Positions 1 to 10,589 of a stretch of DNA of 64,000 bases are shown here, one piece after another. Numbering within the stretch: the first letter of the stretch is position 1; each line of letters starts with the position of its first letter. A program made the position numbers and the translations under genes. Source of the DNA: a bacterium (GTDB lineage: Bacteria > Bacillota > DTU030 > JBMNJR01); NCBI GenBank assembly GCA_050951765.1, contig JBMNJR010000015.1:159591-223590 (forward strand), in the 5' to 3' direction. A model generated the notes under the pieces. That model saw only the letters and a list, made by a program, of their open reading frames with translations. It was not told the origin of the DNA and made no database searches.

Positions 1-107
1 AAGTGAATATCAGATAACCGGAATTAGATTTGAGATTGAGCACGCAGATAAGATTTCTTTGCCATCTTACGGACAAAACTAGGATGAATGCTTGGAGAGG
101 TGATGTT

Positions 108-1163
108 ATGCAATTTGGGCATAAAACTGTCAGTTTACTATTACTGCTATTGGCACTGGTATTGGTGTTTTTTCTAGTCATGACCGGATGTAGTAGTAAT
201 AAGCCCGAGCAAAAAGAGCAGGAACCACCGGAAGAGCAACTTAACAATGAGCAGGAAGTGGAAACAGAAATCGGATTAATTGCCCCATTGACAGGGGAAC
301 CGGTGGAGGAGGAAGCACTGATTACCCGTCGCCCGCTGGCAGTAATTATTGATAATGATCCTACCTTTGGTGCCCAGTCAGGTTTAGATAAAGCAGCTTG
401 GGTTTATGAGATTGCTGCTGAAGGCGGTATTACCCGTTTTCTTGCAGTATATCAACATCAGGATGCACCGGTGTTAGGGCCGGTAAGGAGTGCCCGTGAT
501 TATTTTCTTGATCGGGCATTAGAGTTTGAAGCTGCCCTTGCTCATATCGGCTATAGCCCGCAAGCAAAAAAAGACATCCCGCAGTTAGGAATTATTTCCT
601 TAAATGAATTCGCCCTCCCTAAACTATACTGGCGGACTGAAGATAAAAAAATGCCCCATAATCTCTATACTGACACGCAAGGTTTGTTTGCTGAAGTAGA
701 AAAGCGCGGTTTAAATAAATTCACCCCTAAGTGGGAGATTAATCATTTTAAAGCTGAGGAAGATATACCGGGTGTTCCTGTCAGTAGGATTAGGATTCAC
801 TATCCTCTCGGTGTTGTTGAGTATCGCTATCAGGCGGCCAGCGGCGCTTTTGCCCGGTCTTTCCGGGGGCAACCGCATCGTGAAGGGGAAACAGGTCAAC
901 AGATCCAGGTTAATAATGTAATTATCCAGCAGGTGGAGCGGCCGCGGGTTTTAGATAGCGAGGGGCGGTTGGAGTTAAAAATGGTGGGTAAAGGAGAAGC
1001 TAAGGTATTTCGTGCCGGCAAGGGGGTTGATGCTACCTGGGAGAAGAAAAGCCGGTATGCCTGGACGAATTATTATGGTCCTGATGGAGATATAGTTTCG
1101 TTTATAAAGGGAAATACCTGGGTGCAGGTAGTGCCGGAAGGGACCAGGATTGAAATAGAGTAG
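108..1163 (+). CDS. DUF3048-family secreted lipoprotein (YerB-like)
   Basis: ATG at 108 preceded by GGAGAGG RBS; N-terminal signal peptide with lipobox LVMTGC; DUF3048-like conserved core. Product name from family resemblance only. Confidence 0.55.
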   Translation: MQFGHKTVSLLLLLLALVLVFFLVMTGCSSNKPEQKEQEPPEEQLNNEQEVETEIGLIAPLTGEPVEEEALITRRPLAVIIDNDPTFGAQSGLDKAAWVYEIAAEGGITRFLAVYQHQDAPVLGPVRSARDYFLDRALEFEAALAHIGYSPQAKKDIPQLGIISLNEFALPKLYWRTEDKKMPHNLYTDTQGLFAEVEKRGLNKFTPKWEINHFKAEEDIPGVPVSRIRIHYPLGVVEYRYQAASGAFARSFRGQPHREGETGQQIQVNNVIIQQVERPRVLDSEGRLELKMVGKGEAKVFRAGKGVDATWEKKSRYAWTNYYGPDGDIVSFIKGNTWVQVVPEGTRIEIE

Positions 1164-1267
1164 ACTGTTGCCTTACTCGGTTGTTTTTTGGGTTTAGTGC
1201 CAAAAAGCACTAGCATAGTCCTCTTTGGCGTTAGCCACCCTAAGAAGAGAGGGAGGGTGATACCTAT

Positions 1268-1405
1268 ATGCAGGAGTCCCATGATGTTTTATGGCGACTC
1301 TTTCAAGCCACTGGTCACATCGGGGCTTATCTTTTCTATAAAACCCTGGTTACCGAAGAAAATGGAAGTAATGAGGGAGGAAACGAACAGGACCAGTACT
1401 GCTAG
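1268..1405 (+). CDS. small conserved protein (YqzL-like, 45 aa) upstream of recO
   Basis: ATG with GAGGGAGGG RBS 9 nt upstream; translation MQESHDVLWRLFQATGHIGAYLFYKTL... resembles the W..F..TG.I..YL.YK motif of small YqzL-type proteins found next to recO/glyQ in Bacilli. Not in the ORF track (<60 aa). Confidence 0.35.
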   Translation: MQESHDVLWRLFQATGHIGAYLFYKTLVTEENGSNEGGNEQDQYC

Positions 1406-1420
1406 AGAGAGGAGAAGACT

Positions 1421-2191
1421 ATGTCTCTTTATCGCATCGAAGCGGTGGTACTAAACCACCGCTATCTTGGTGAGGCTGATAAGTTGGTAACCCTTTATTC
1501 CAGGGAATTGGGGAAAATGAAGGCAGTGGCAAAAGGTGCCTGTCGCCCCCGTAACCGGCTGTTGGCAGGAACACAACCATATAGCCATACGGAGTTTTCC
1601 CTGTTTAAGGGGAAAAGCTTAGATCAAATTAGCCAATGCCAGTTGCGGGAATCCTTTTATTCTTTGCGGGAAGACCTGCAAAAAATGGCAGCAGCTGCAT
1701 ACATAGCGGAACTTTATGATCTTTTGCTGGAAGAACGGGAAAAAAACGAAGAACTATTTTACCTGCTTTTAACCACGCTCTATTTGCTCACCGGGTCAAA
1801 AGACTGGGAACTGTGCCTGCGTTATTTTGAATTACGTTTCTTATCCCTGGTCGGATACCAGCCGGAATTGGCACAGTGTGTTAATTGTCGCCAAACTTCC
1901 GACTTGACTGACCTTAAATTCAGCAGCCATTTGGGGGGGATCTTATGTCCCCGCTGCTGGGGGCAAGACCAGCGAGCCCTTAATGTCTCTTTAGGCAGCA
2001 TCGCACTGCTTAAACGCTTGCAGGTTACATCGCCCCGGGGTTTGAAAGTATTAAGAGCCAATGCATTTACCCGGAAAGAGCTGAGAAATGTACTACAAGC
2101 ATATATAGCTTATTTCCTGCCGCGGGAATTGAAATCCTTATCTTTTCTTAAACTAGTCCAAGAGGATGAAACGCTCCCAGATAAAAAATAG
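1421..2191 (+). CDS. recO: DNA repair protein RecO
   Basis: N-terminal OB-fold motif (YRIEAVVL..GEADKLVTLYSRELGK) and C-terminal Cys4 zinc motif (CVNC...CPRC); conserved position upstream of glyQS. Confidence 0.9.
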   Translation: MSLYRIEAVVLNHRYLGEADKLVTLYSRELGKMKAVAKGACRPRNRLLAGTQPYSHTEFSLFKGKSLDQISQCQLRESFYSLREDLQKMAAAAYIAELYDLLLEEREKNEELFYLLLTTLYLLTGSKDWELCLRYFELRFLSLVGYQPELAQCVNCRQTSDLTDLKFSSHLGGILCPRCWGQDQRALNVSLGSIALLKRLQVTSPRGLKVLRANAFTRKELRNVLQAYIAYFLPRELKSLSFLKLVQEDETLPDKK

Positions 2192-2227
2192 CAGTGTTTG
2201 ACAATAATTGGTGAATTTGCTAAAGTG

Positions 2228-2470
2228 GAGATAAAATTTATATGTTCCGGCTGATGAAAGAGAGGAGTAATTGGTGCCATTTTTCCCAGAGAGCAGGGTT
2301 CCGCCTGCAAGGCGGAGCTGTAAGCCCTGTATTAATGAGCCGATGAAGGGCGCTCTCGTAGGCCTGAACTATTGAGAGGGTTGGCAGTAATGCCAGCCAA
2401 GCAGGGTGGAACCGCGGGTTAACTCTCGTCCCTGCAATGCATAAGTATTGCAGGAGGTGAGAGTTTTTTG
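2228..2470 (+). promoter_or_regulatory. T-box leader (glycine specifier GGC) with intrinsic terminator, controlling glyQS
   Basis: Stem I AGAGAG...AGTA elements; GGC in the specifier region; T-box sequence AGCAGGGTGGAACCGCGGG at about 2401-2419; terminator hairpin CCTGCAAT/ATTGCAGG followed by a T-run at 2464-2470. Confidence 0.8.
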
Positions 2471-2530
2471 TTTTATTAAGCATAGAGTTAGCTGGCAGTG
2501 AGAATTGTAAACATAAGGAGGGAAATAAAA

Positions 2531-3424
2531 ATGCATTTCCAAGATATTATTCTTAATCTGCAAAATTACTGGGTACAGCAAGAATGTATTATTTTGCAGC
2601 CTTACGATGTGGAAAAGGGGGCTGGGACGATGAATCCGGCAACCTTTTTAAAGGCTTTGGGCCCAGAACCTTGGAATGTAGCTTATGTAGAACCGTCACG
2701 GCGGCCTACAGACGGGCGTTATGGCGAGAACCCCAATCGTCTGTATCAACATCACCAATATCAAGTGATTATGAAACCGTCTCCCGATAATATTCAACAA
2801 CTGTATTTAGAGAGTTTGTATAAATTAGGGATAGATCCTTTGGAACATGATATTCGTTTTGTGGAGGATAATTGGGAGTCCCCGACCCTGGGAGCGTGGG
2901 GATTAGGCTGGGAGGTTTGGCTGGATGGCATGGAGGTAACCCAGTTTACTTATTTTCAGCAAGTGGGAGGATTTGACACTAAACCGGTAGCTGTGGAAAT
3001 AACCTATGGTTTAGAGCGGATCGCGATGTTTTTGCAAAAAAAGGACAATGTTTTTAATATAACCTGGCGGGATGGAATCACTTATGGTGATGTTTTTCAC
3101 CGGTTTGAAGTAGAACATTCCCATTATAATTTTGCGGAAGCCAATATTGGGACATTGCTACAGTTATTTAGCATGTATGAAACTGAAGCAAAAAATATCC
3201 TGCAAAAAAAGCTAGTATTACCAGCCTATGATTATGTATTGAAATGCTCACATGTTTTTAATCTTCTTGACGCCAGAGGAGCCATAAGTGTTACTGAGCG
3301 GACCGGGTTTATTCACCGGGTTCGGGATTTGGCCCGGGAATGTGCGCAAGCTTATCTTGAACAAAGGGAAGAAATGGGCTATCCTTTATTGGCTAATAAG
3401 AAGGAGGCAGAGAGAAATGGATAA
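2531..3424 (+). CDS. glyQ: glycine--tRNA ligase alpha subunit
   Basis: [14 protein letters not shown]... class II aaRS alpha-subunit signature; AAGGAGG RBS; overlaps glyS start by 8 nt. Confidence 0.95.
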   Translation: MHFQDIILNLQNYWVQQECIILQPYDVEKGAGTMNPATFLKALGPEPWNVAYVEPSRRPTDGRYGENPNRLYQHHQYQVIMKPSPDNIQQLYLESLYKLGIDPLEHDIRFVEDNWESPTLGAWGLGWEVWLDGMEVTQFTYFQQVGGFDTKPVAVEITYGLERIAMFLQKKDNVFNITWRDGITYGDVFHRFEVEHSHYNFAEANIGTLLQLFSMYETEAKNILQKKLVLPAYDYVLKCSHVFNLLDARGAISVTERTGFIHRVRDLARECAQAYLEQREEMGYPLLANKKEAERNG

Positions 3425-5504
3425 AGAGTTGGATTTACTTTTGGAGATCGGGACGGAGGAAATCCCAGCCCGGTTTATACCTGACGCTTTGGCACAACTA
3501 AGGGATCAAGGGAAGGAGTTATTGGCGCAAGCCCGGTTAGCACATGGTAAACTGGAAACCTCCGGGACTCCCAGACGTCTCATCTTATATATCCATGACT
3601 TAGCGCCCAAGGCTGCTGATTTAGAACTGGAAGTAAAGGGCCCACCGCAAAAAGTTGCCTTTGAAGCTGACGGCAACCCGACCAAAGCGGCTTTAGGTTT
3701 TGCCCGCAATCAGGGTGTTTCCGTAGCTGATCTAAAGGTAAAGGAGCTTGATGGCGGGCTGTACCTTTTTGCTTGTCGCAAAGAATTAGGACGCCCGGCG
3801 CGGGAATTGGCACCACAAATTCTAGAGGAGTTGGTCACTGGGATCAACTTTCCCAAGGCAATGCGCTGGGGCAATAACGATCTCAGGTTTGCCCGCCCAA
3901 TTCGCTGGTTAGTCGCTTTGTTGGGCCAGGAGGTTATTCCGTTCTCTATTGCTGGGGTTGCGTCCGGTCGCCGGACTTTTGGCCACCGCTTTTTGAGCAA
4001 GGGTTCGATTGAACTGGCGGAGCCGAGGGAGTATCATGAAAAAATGCGGCAGCATTATGTGCTCATAGACCCCCAGGAAAGGGAACAGCTTATCCGGGAA
4101 CAAGCGGAAGAAATAGTGAAAAAGGAAGCCGGTAAGGTATTGTGGGATAAGGAACTCCTGGCAGAAGTGGTTAATCTGGTTGAATACCCTACAGTTTTTA
4201 TGGGCTCCTTTGATCATGATTTTTTGGAACTGCCCACAGAAGTGGTAATTACACCGATGAAGGAACACCAGCGGTATTTTCCTGTGGCTGATTTGACTGG
4301 CGAGTTGTTGCCGCGATTTATTGCTGTCCGAAACGGAACTGATGACAATATTGCTATTGTGCGGGAAGGAAATGAAAAAGTTTTACGCGCCCGGTTAGCT
4401 GATGCCCAGTTTTTTTATAATGAAGATAAAAAAACTCCATTGGCAGAACGGTTGCCGCAATTGCAGGAAGTCGTATTTTTAGAAGGGTTAGGTTCTGTAT
4501 ATGATAAAGTAGAACGGTTACAGGATTTGGCTGCCTTTATTGTGGAAAACTTAGGGCTTGATGAGCCGGTACGCTCCTTGGTACAGCGTACTGTGACCTT
4601 GAGTAAAAATGATTTGGTAACAAAAATGGTTAACGAGTTTAGCGAATTGCAAGGTGTTATGGGCAGGGAATATGCATTACTAGACGGTGAAAACCCGGTG
4701 GTTGCCCAAGGGATTTATGAGCATTATCTGCCTCGTTTTGCAGGGGATGAATTGCCGCAGACTATGGTCGGTAAAGTTGCCAGCATCGCCGATAAGCTGG
4801 ACAGTATTTGCGGCTGTTTTGGCGTAGGTATTATTCCTACCGGGTCGCAAGATCCTTACGCACTGCGGCGGCAAGCCTATGGGATTGTAAACATTTTATT
4901 GCATAGCGACTTGAATCTTAAACTATCATCACTGGTGGAATATGCCTTGGCGATTTATCAAAGCAAGGGTCTTCTTTCTGGGGAAACAGCTGTAGTAAAA
5001 GAACAGGTTTTAGCTTTCTTTGCTGGGCGCATCAAAAATGCCCTCAGTGAACGGGGCTTTAGCTACGATAGCATCGAGGCAGTTATGGCAACCGATTATG
5101 ATAATGTGAGCCAGACCCTAAACCGCGTCGAGGCTATTAGTAAATTGAGACAGCAGCCGGAATTTACTAATATCTTGACGGTCTTTACCCGCATTCACAA
5201 TTTAGCCCGCCAAACTGAAGCAGGCAGCAAGTATGTCGCTGAACTCTTGCAAGAACCGGCGGAGCAGAAACTCTATACCAGTTTCCGGCAAATAAAACCG
5301 AAGTTGGAAAGAGCTTTGCAGGCGCAAGATTATGTGGGGGGAATAAAAGCACTTTCTGAACTTCAACCTGTATTGGAAGCCTTCTTTAATGAAGTGCTGG
5401 TAATGGCAGAGGATAAAAAATTGCAGGTAAATAGATTGGCACTATTAAAGGAATTAGATCAACTCTTTCTTACCATTGCCGATTTTAGCCAAATTGTTGC
5501 CTAG
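3417..5504 (+). CDS. glyS: glycine--tRNA ligase beta subunit
   Basis: [20 protein letters not shown]... canonical GlyS N-terminus; ATG at 3417 after AAGGAGG. Confidence 0.95.
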   Translation: MDKELDLLLEIGTEEIPARFIPDALAQLRDQGKELLAQARLAHGKLETSGTPRRLILYIHDLAPKAADLELEVKGPPQKVAFEADGNPTKAALGFARNQGVSVADLKVKELDGGLYLFACRKELGRPARELAPQILEELVTGINFPKAMRWGNNDLRFARPIRWLVALLGQEVIPFSIAGVASGRRTFGHRFLSKGSIELAEPREYHEKMRQHYVLIDPQEREQLIREQAEEIVKKEAGKVLWDKELLAEVVNLVEYPTVFMGSFDHDFLELPTEVVITPMKEHQRYFPVADLTGELLPRFIAVRNGTDDNIAIVREGNEKVLRARLADAQFFYNEDKKTPLAERLPQLQEVVFLEGLGSVYDKVERLQDLAAFIVENLGLDEPVRSLVQRTVTLSKNDLVTKMVNEFSELQGVMGREYALLDGENPVVAQGIYEHYLPRFAGDELPQTMVGKVASIADKLDSICGCFGVGIIPTGSQDPYALRRQAYGIVNILLHSDLNLKLSSLVEYALAIYQSKGLLSGETAVVKEQVLAFFAGRIKNALSERGFSYDSIEAVMATDYDNVSQTLNRVEAISKLRQQPEFTNILTVFTRIHNLARQTEAGSKYVAELLQEPAEQKLYTSFRQIKPKLERALQAQDYVGGIKALSELQPVLEAFFNEVLVMAEDKKLQVNRLALLKELDQLFLTIADFSQIVA

Positions 5505-5688
5505 AATAATACTTGCGGATAATAAATAAACTTATTGCAGGCACTTTTTAGAAGCATTATTACTCATTTTATAAGCAATAGTATAGCAGATAACCGGTAA
5601 TAAGCAAAAAAGTTAGTAATATTTAAGGTTATTTAGCAGGGTTATTATCCTTTGTGGAGAATCTATTAATTGGCAAGTTGAGAAAGGG

Positions 5689-6369
5689 GTGAGGATTATT
5701 CGAATTACCTTACGCCAGAAAAAAATTATTGATATTGTCAAGAACAAGGAACCTATTACCAGTGAGCAGATCGCTGAGGAATTATCTTTAACCCGGGCAA
5801 CCTTACGACCTGATCTGGCTATATTGACGATGATGGGCATTTTAAAGGCAAAACCGCGGGTTGGCTATTGTTATAACAAAAAGCCGTTGCCATTCTTCAT
5901 TGGCGATCAACTGCAAGAACTAACGGTCAAAAGTGTTCAATCTCGGCCGGTGGTAGTCAGGGACGATGTCACCATTTACGATGCTATAGTCACTATGATG
6001 CTGGAAGACGTAGGCACTTTAATTGTTGTGGAGGAAAACGGATTGCTCGCCGGCATAGTATCCCGGAAAGACCTATTGAAAATAACTCTTGGCCAGGGCG
6101 ATATTCATAAAGTACCTGTAGGTATTGTTATGACTCGGTTTCCCAATGTTATAACCGTTACCCCGGAAGAGAGCGTTTGCGAAGCAGCGCGGAAAATGGT
6201 GGAGCATCAAGTTGACGGTTTGCCGGTTGTAGTATTGAAGGACGTTTCTCAAGCGGATCCCCATACATTACGAGTCGGGCTGAAAGTGGTTGGCCGGATC
6301 ACAAAAACTAATATAACAAAGTTGTTTGTTGAGTTAGGCTTAGGTACATACTGGCACAGGGAGGGATAA
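5689..6369 (+). CDS. ccpN: CcpN-like transcriptional repressor (HTH + tandem CBS domains)
   Basis: GTG start after GAAAGGGG; N-terminal HTH (ITSEQIAEELSLTRATL) followed by two CBS domains; conserved ccpN-yqfL arrangement immediately upstream of the PPDK regulatory gene. Confidence 0.7.
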   Translation: MRIIRITLRQKKIIDIVKNKEPITSEQIAEELSLTRATLRPDLAILTMMGILKAKPRVGYCYNKKPLPFFIGDQLQELTVKSVQSRPVVVRDDVTIYDAIVTMMLEDVGTLIVVEENGLLAGIVSRKDLLKITLGQGDIHKVPVGIVMTRFPNVITVTPEESVCEAARKMVEHQVDGLPVVVLKDVSQADPHTLRVGLKVVGRITKTNITKLFVELGLGTYWHREG

Positions 6370-6387
6370 GGCATCGTAAATAAACCT

Positions 6388-7185
6388 GTGGTGTATATTC
6401 TTTCGGACTCTGTTGGTGAAACTGCTGAATTAGTTGTTCGTGCCGCTGCCAGCCAGTTTAATTCCGGGCGGATAGAAATTCGCCGGATTCCCTTTGTAAG
6501 AGAAATAGAGAGCCTGGAAGGCATTTTAGAAGAGGTAGAGGAAGCACAAGGGGTATTGGTTTATACACTGGTATTGCCCCAGTTACGCAGTTACATGCGG
6601 GAGGAAGCGGCAAAACGGGGAATTCCCAGCGTTGATATTATGGGCCCTGTTGTGGATACGATTGGAAAATTGTTTCCCCAGCCGCCTCGGCTTAAACCCG
6701 GACTGGTCTATCAGCTGGATGAGGAGTATTTCCGGAAGGTGGAGGCAATTGAGTTTGCGGTTAAATATGATGATGGTAAGGAACCACGGGGTATTTTATG
6801 GGCAGATGTGGTTATAATTGGAGTATCGCGAACTTCCAAAACTCCTCTGTGTATGTATTTGGCGCATAAGGGCATGAAGGCTGCCAATGTTCCTTTGGTG
6901 CCGGAAGTAAGCCCGCCGGAGGAACTGTTTGCTGTTTCTCCCAATAAAATTGTCGGTCTCACTATTGCGCCGCGACATTTATTGGAAATTAGGCAAGAGC
7001 GTCTGAAAAATCTTGGGTTGAAGGGTGATGCTGCTTATGCTAATCCTGAGCGTATTTTAGCTGAGTTAAGATATGCTGAAGAAATTATGTCTAGGATCCG
7101 GTGTCATGTGATCGATGTCAGCAACAAAGCTGTAGAAGAAACTGCCGGTGAAATCGCCAGGATTATTAAGAAAGGGTGGAAGTGA
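6388..7185 (+). CDS. pyruvate, phosphate dikinase regulatory protein (PDRP/PpsR, DUF299 kinase/pyrophosphorylase)
   Basis: GTG start; VYILSDSVGETAE N-terminus and P-loop GVSRTSKTPL typical of the PDRP family; directly precedes ppdK. Confidence 0.85.
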   Translation: MVYILSDSVGETAELVVRAAASQFNSGRIEIRRIPFVREIESLEGILEEVEEAQGVLVYTLVLPQLRSYMREEAAKRGIPSVDIMGPVVDTIGKLFPQPPRLKPGLVYQLDEEYFRKVEAIEFAVKYDDGKEPRGILWADVVIIGVSRTSKTPLCMYLAHKGMKAANVPLVPEVSPPEELFAVSPNKIVGLTIAPRHLLEIRQERLKNLGLKGDAAYANPERILAELRYAEEIMSRIRCHVIDVSNKAVEETAGEIARIIKKGWK

Positions 7186-9839
7186 TGCAGAGAAGTTATG
7201 TTTACTTTTTTTCAGAAGGTAATGCCAAGCAAAGGGATCTTTTAGGTGGGAAAGGTGCCAATTTGGCGGAAATGACCCGCATTGGGTTGCCGGTTCCTCC
7301 CGGTTTTATTGTTAGTACTGAAGGTTGCCGCGCTTATTATTCTGAAGGTGAACAGCTTTCCGAAGCAATGCAAGCGGAGATTAGGTATGGGATCAAAAAA
7401 TTGGAAGAAAAAACGGGTAAGGGCTTTGGTGATCTGGCAAATCCGCTCCTGGTATCAGTTCGTTCTGGAGCTGCCATATCTATGCCCGGCATGATGGATA
7501 CGATTTTAAACCTAGGGCTTAATGAACAAACTCGGAATGGTCTAGCAAAGCTTACGGATAATCTGCGTTTTGCCAATGACTGCTATCGGCGTTTTATTCA
7601 AATGTTTAGTGAGGTTGTCATGGGAATCCCGGCAGAGAGCTTTGAAACGGAAATAGAAAAAGAAAAGCAAGCGGCAGGAGTGGTCAATGATACTGAATTA
7701 ACTGCTGCTAATTTAGAAAGGTTAATCGAAAGGTTTAAGGGGATTTATCGGCAGCAAATAGGTGAAGAGTTCCCTACGGATCCCATGGAGCAGCTTTTTG
7801 CGGCAGTAAAGGCAGTTTTTGCCTCTTGGAACGGTAACAGAGCGGTTATTTATCGCCGGCTACATAAAATTCCCGATGATATCGGGACAGCGGTAAATAT
7901 TCAAACCATGGTTTTTGGCAATATGGGTGATGATTCCGGTACAGGGGTTGCCTTTACACGTAATCCGTCCACAGGGATAAAAGAATTATATGGAGAGTAT
8001 CTTCTTAATGCCCAAGGTGAAGATGTGGTAGCAGGGATAAGGACCCCGCAACCACTAACAGGCTTAAAGCAGCAGGTACCAGAAGTGTATAAACAGTTTT
8101 TGCAAACTAGTCAATTGTTAGAGCAACACTACCGGGATCTACAGGATATTGAATTTACTTTTGAAAAAGGAAAACTATATGTTCTGCAAACACGTTCCGG
8201 CAAAAGGACTGCGGCTGCTGCGGTAAAAATAGCGGTGGATATGGTGGAGGAAGGATTAATAAGCATCGAAGAAGCTATCTTACGCATAGAACCGGAACAA
8301 TTAAACCAGTTAATGCATTCCAGTATTGACCCGGAGGCGGAAGCGGAAATACTGGCCAAGGGTTTGCCTGCTTCCCCAGGGGCTGCCATCGGCAAGGTAG
8401 TTTTTGATGCGGACCTAGCTGCAGAATTAGGCAAAAATGGAGAAAAGGTTATTTTAGTCAGGCCGGAAACCACTCCCGATGATATTCACGGCATAGTTAT
8501 GGCTCAAGGAATTCTTACCAGCAGAGGTGGCATGACAAGCCATGCGGCAGTTGTTGCCCGGGGCATGGGTAAGCCTTGCATTTGCGGGTGTGAGACTTTG
8601 CGGATTGATCTGCGGCAAAAGCAGTTTACCGCTAAGGGCATAACAGTGAAGGAGGGCGACTTACTCACTATTGACGGCGGTACAGGTAGTGTTATCTTAG
8701 GCGAGGCGAAACTTGTTTCGGCACAAATGACCGCCGAATTCCAAGTTTTATTACGCTGGGCAGATCAGATTAGCCGTTTAGGTGTGCGAGCCAACGCCGA
8801 TACACCGGAGGATGCAGCGCGGGCAAGGGAATTTGGTGCCCAAGGAATCGGATTGTGCCGGACCGAGCATATGTTTATGCAGCCGGAACGTTTGTTAACT
8901 GTACAGCAAATGATTCTTGCCGAAAAAGAAGAAGAGCGTGAGCAGGCATTAGCAAAACTATTACCGATGCAGCAGCAAGATTTTTATGGCATACTAAAAG
9001 CAATGGCAGATTTACCTGTGACTATTCGCCTGTTAGATCCGCCGCTCCATGAATTTTTACCCAGCGCTGAAGAGCTGTTGGTAGGGATTACTAAATTGGA
9101 GTTAACCGGTGAAAATCCGGAATTATTAGCCGAAAAGCAGGCGTTATTAGCCCAAGTCCGTGCATTGTCGGAATTTAACCCCATGCTTGGGCATCGAGGT
9201 TGTCGCCTGGGGCTTACTTTCCCTGCTGTATATGAAATGCAGGCAAAGGCGATTTTTAACGCGGTAGTTGATTTAGTTAAAGAAGGCATTAATGTATACC
9301 CGGAAATAATGATCCCCTTGGTTGGCGATCAGCAAGAGTTGATCCCGCTACGGGAACTAGTTATAAAAGTAGCAGAACAAATAAAAGCAGAAGCCGGCGT
9401 AGATTTTTCCTATACAGTTGGTACAATGATTGAATTGCCACGGGCTTGTCTAGTAGCAGATGAAATAGCAGCACATGCCGATTTCTTTTCCTTTGGCACA
9501 AACGACTTAACACAAACTACTTTTGGTTTTAGCCGGGATGATGCTGAAGGGAAGTTTTTATATCAATATATTGATCAGAAAATATTACAAGATAACCCCT
9601 TTGCGGTTTTGGACGAGAAGGGTGTGGGCAAATTGGTTGATATGGGCGTAAAACTGGGGCGGCAGCGGAGGGCGAATTTGAAAGTGGGCATTTGTGGCGA
9701 ACACGGCGGTGAACCAAGGTCTATTGATTTTTGCCATCGGGTTGGCTTAGATTATGTCAGTTGCTCCCCCTTCCGGGTACCGGTTGCAAGGTTAGCAGCA
9801 GCCCAGGCGGCGATTAGAAATAAAGATCAATCAAAGTAA
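7185..9839 (+). CDS. ppdK: pyruvate, phosphate dikinase
   Basis: 885 aa; ATP-grasp N-terminus (GGKGANLAEM), phospho-His domain (GGMTSHAAVVARGMGKPC), PEP-utilising C-terminus (CGEHGG). Confidence 0.9.
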   Translation: MQRSYVYFFSEGNAKQRDLLGGKGANLAEMTRIGLPVPPGFIVSTEGCRAYYSEGEQLSEAMQAEIRYGIKKLEEKTGKGFGDLANPLLVSVRSGAAISMPGMMDTILNLGLNEQTRNGLAKLTDNLRFANDCYRRFIQMFSEVVMGIPAESFETEIEKEKQAAGVVNDTELTAANLERLIERFKGIYRQQIGEEFPTDPMEQLFAAVKAVFASWNGNRAVIYRRLHKIPDDIGTAVNIQTMVFGNMGDDSGTGVAFTRNPSTGIKELYGEYLLNAQGEDVVAGIRTPQPLTGLKQQVPEVYKQFLQTSQLLEQHYRDLQDIEFTFEKGKLYVLQTRSGKRTAAAAVKIAVDMVEEGLISIEEAILRIEPEQLNQLMHSSIDPEAEAEILAKGLPASPGAAIGKVVFDADLAAELGKNGEKVILVRPETTPDDIHGIVMAQGILTSRGGMTSHAAVVARGMGKPCICGCETLRIDLRQKQFTAKGITVKEGDLLTIDGGTGSVILGEAKLVSAQMTAEFQVLLRWADQISRLGVRANADTPEDAARAREFGAQGIGLCRTEHMFMQPERLLTVQQMILAEKEEEREQALAKLLPMQQQDFYGILKAMADLPVTIRLLDPPLHEFLPSAEELLVGITKLELTGENPELLAEKQALLAQVRALSEFNPMLGHRGCRLGLTFPAVYEMQAKAIFNAVVDLVKEGINVYPEIMIPLVGDQQELIPLRELVIKVAEQIKAEAGVDFSYTVGTMIELPRACLVADEIAAHADFFSFGTNDLTQTTFGFSRDDAEGKFLYQYIDQKILQDNPFAVLDEKGVGKLVDMGVKLGRQRRANLKVGICGEHGGEPRSIDFCHRVGLDYVSCSPFRVPVARLAAAQAAIRNKDQSK

Positions 9840-10366
9840 ACTAAAATAGCTGAAAAGTAAGCAAGAAAACCGTCCCCATGCTTCTGCTTCTTAAGAAGGG
9901 CATTGTCTTATTTGGATTATACGAGACAGTACCCTTCATATTTTACTTGGCTGAAGGGGAGGTTCACAATCAAAAAGGAGCTTAACGGATAGAACTAGCC
10001 AGTCAGATTGCAATGGATCTTATTATGCCCGATTCGGATCAAGATCTGGTGAGCAAGACCCAGGTTAAGGTTTCGGTAGATTAAGAGGTTGTTGAAACTG
10101 ACCAAAAACAAGTGGACAGAGGAAGAACCGTGGCAGCTTGATCCTTTGCAGGTATCGCTTACCTTAGTCAATCTATAGTTTACGCCGGAAGGAGAACCGG
10201 AAATACCTATGTCGTCCTTTAAGCTGGCAGTAAACAATGCTGCGGAAGTGATTGTGGAAGTGGCAGCATTGAACGTATCTATATAAAGAGGCTTGTGCGG
10301 CAGGATGAAACAGGCATTTGGTTCGGTAGTAGGATATGATCCACGCTAAGCTTGTTGAAGAGGGTA

Positions 10367-10419
10367 TGAAAGACGGATACTTTCTCTTAATGGTTTGGGG
10401 AAATAGTATCCGTCTTTCA
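10367..10419. repeat. perfect 15-bp inverted repeat (TGAAAGACGGATACT / AGTATCCGTCTTTCA) with 23-nt loop
   Basis: read directly; lies in the AT-rich spacer between ppdK and the methyltransferase-like gene; no T-run follows. Confidence 0.5.
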
Positions 10420-10589
10420 TGTGCGCTGAAATTGTGGTTAAACTGGCTAAGGCATTAATATAATAGTCATGCTTTAATGAAAATAACTGTGGTTTTCGCT
10501 TTTAATCGGTGCCATATCATTTGTCGAAAGCTATTAGAAGGCGATACAAGATGGTAGAACTATTTGATATAATAACTAATAAATACTAA

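Noticed and set aside
1188-1454. 88-aa ORF overlapping the recO start
   Set aside because: No RBS, overlaps the recO initiation region in another frame, basic low-complexity translation. The 45-aa ORF at 1268-1405 is preferred.
8129-8473. Antisense ORFs inside large genes (e.g. 8129-8473, 8984-9289, 29001-29432, 48811-49302, 17457-17783)
   Set aside because: Embedded opposite well-supported conserved genes (ppdK, aldehyde dehydrogenase, buk/ptb, nif3), low-complexity translations, no RBS. Typical shadow ORFs.
10010-10260. Three short consecutive ORFs (22-29 codons) in the AT-rich insert
   Set aside because: Individually too short and without RBS. Interpreted as remnants of a decayed gene rather than as functional genes (mentioned under the AT-rich insert finding).
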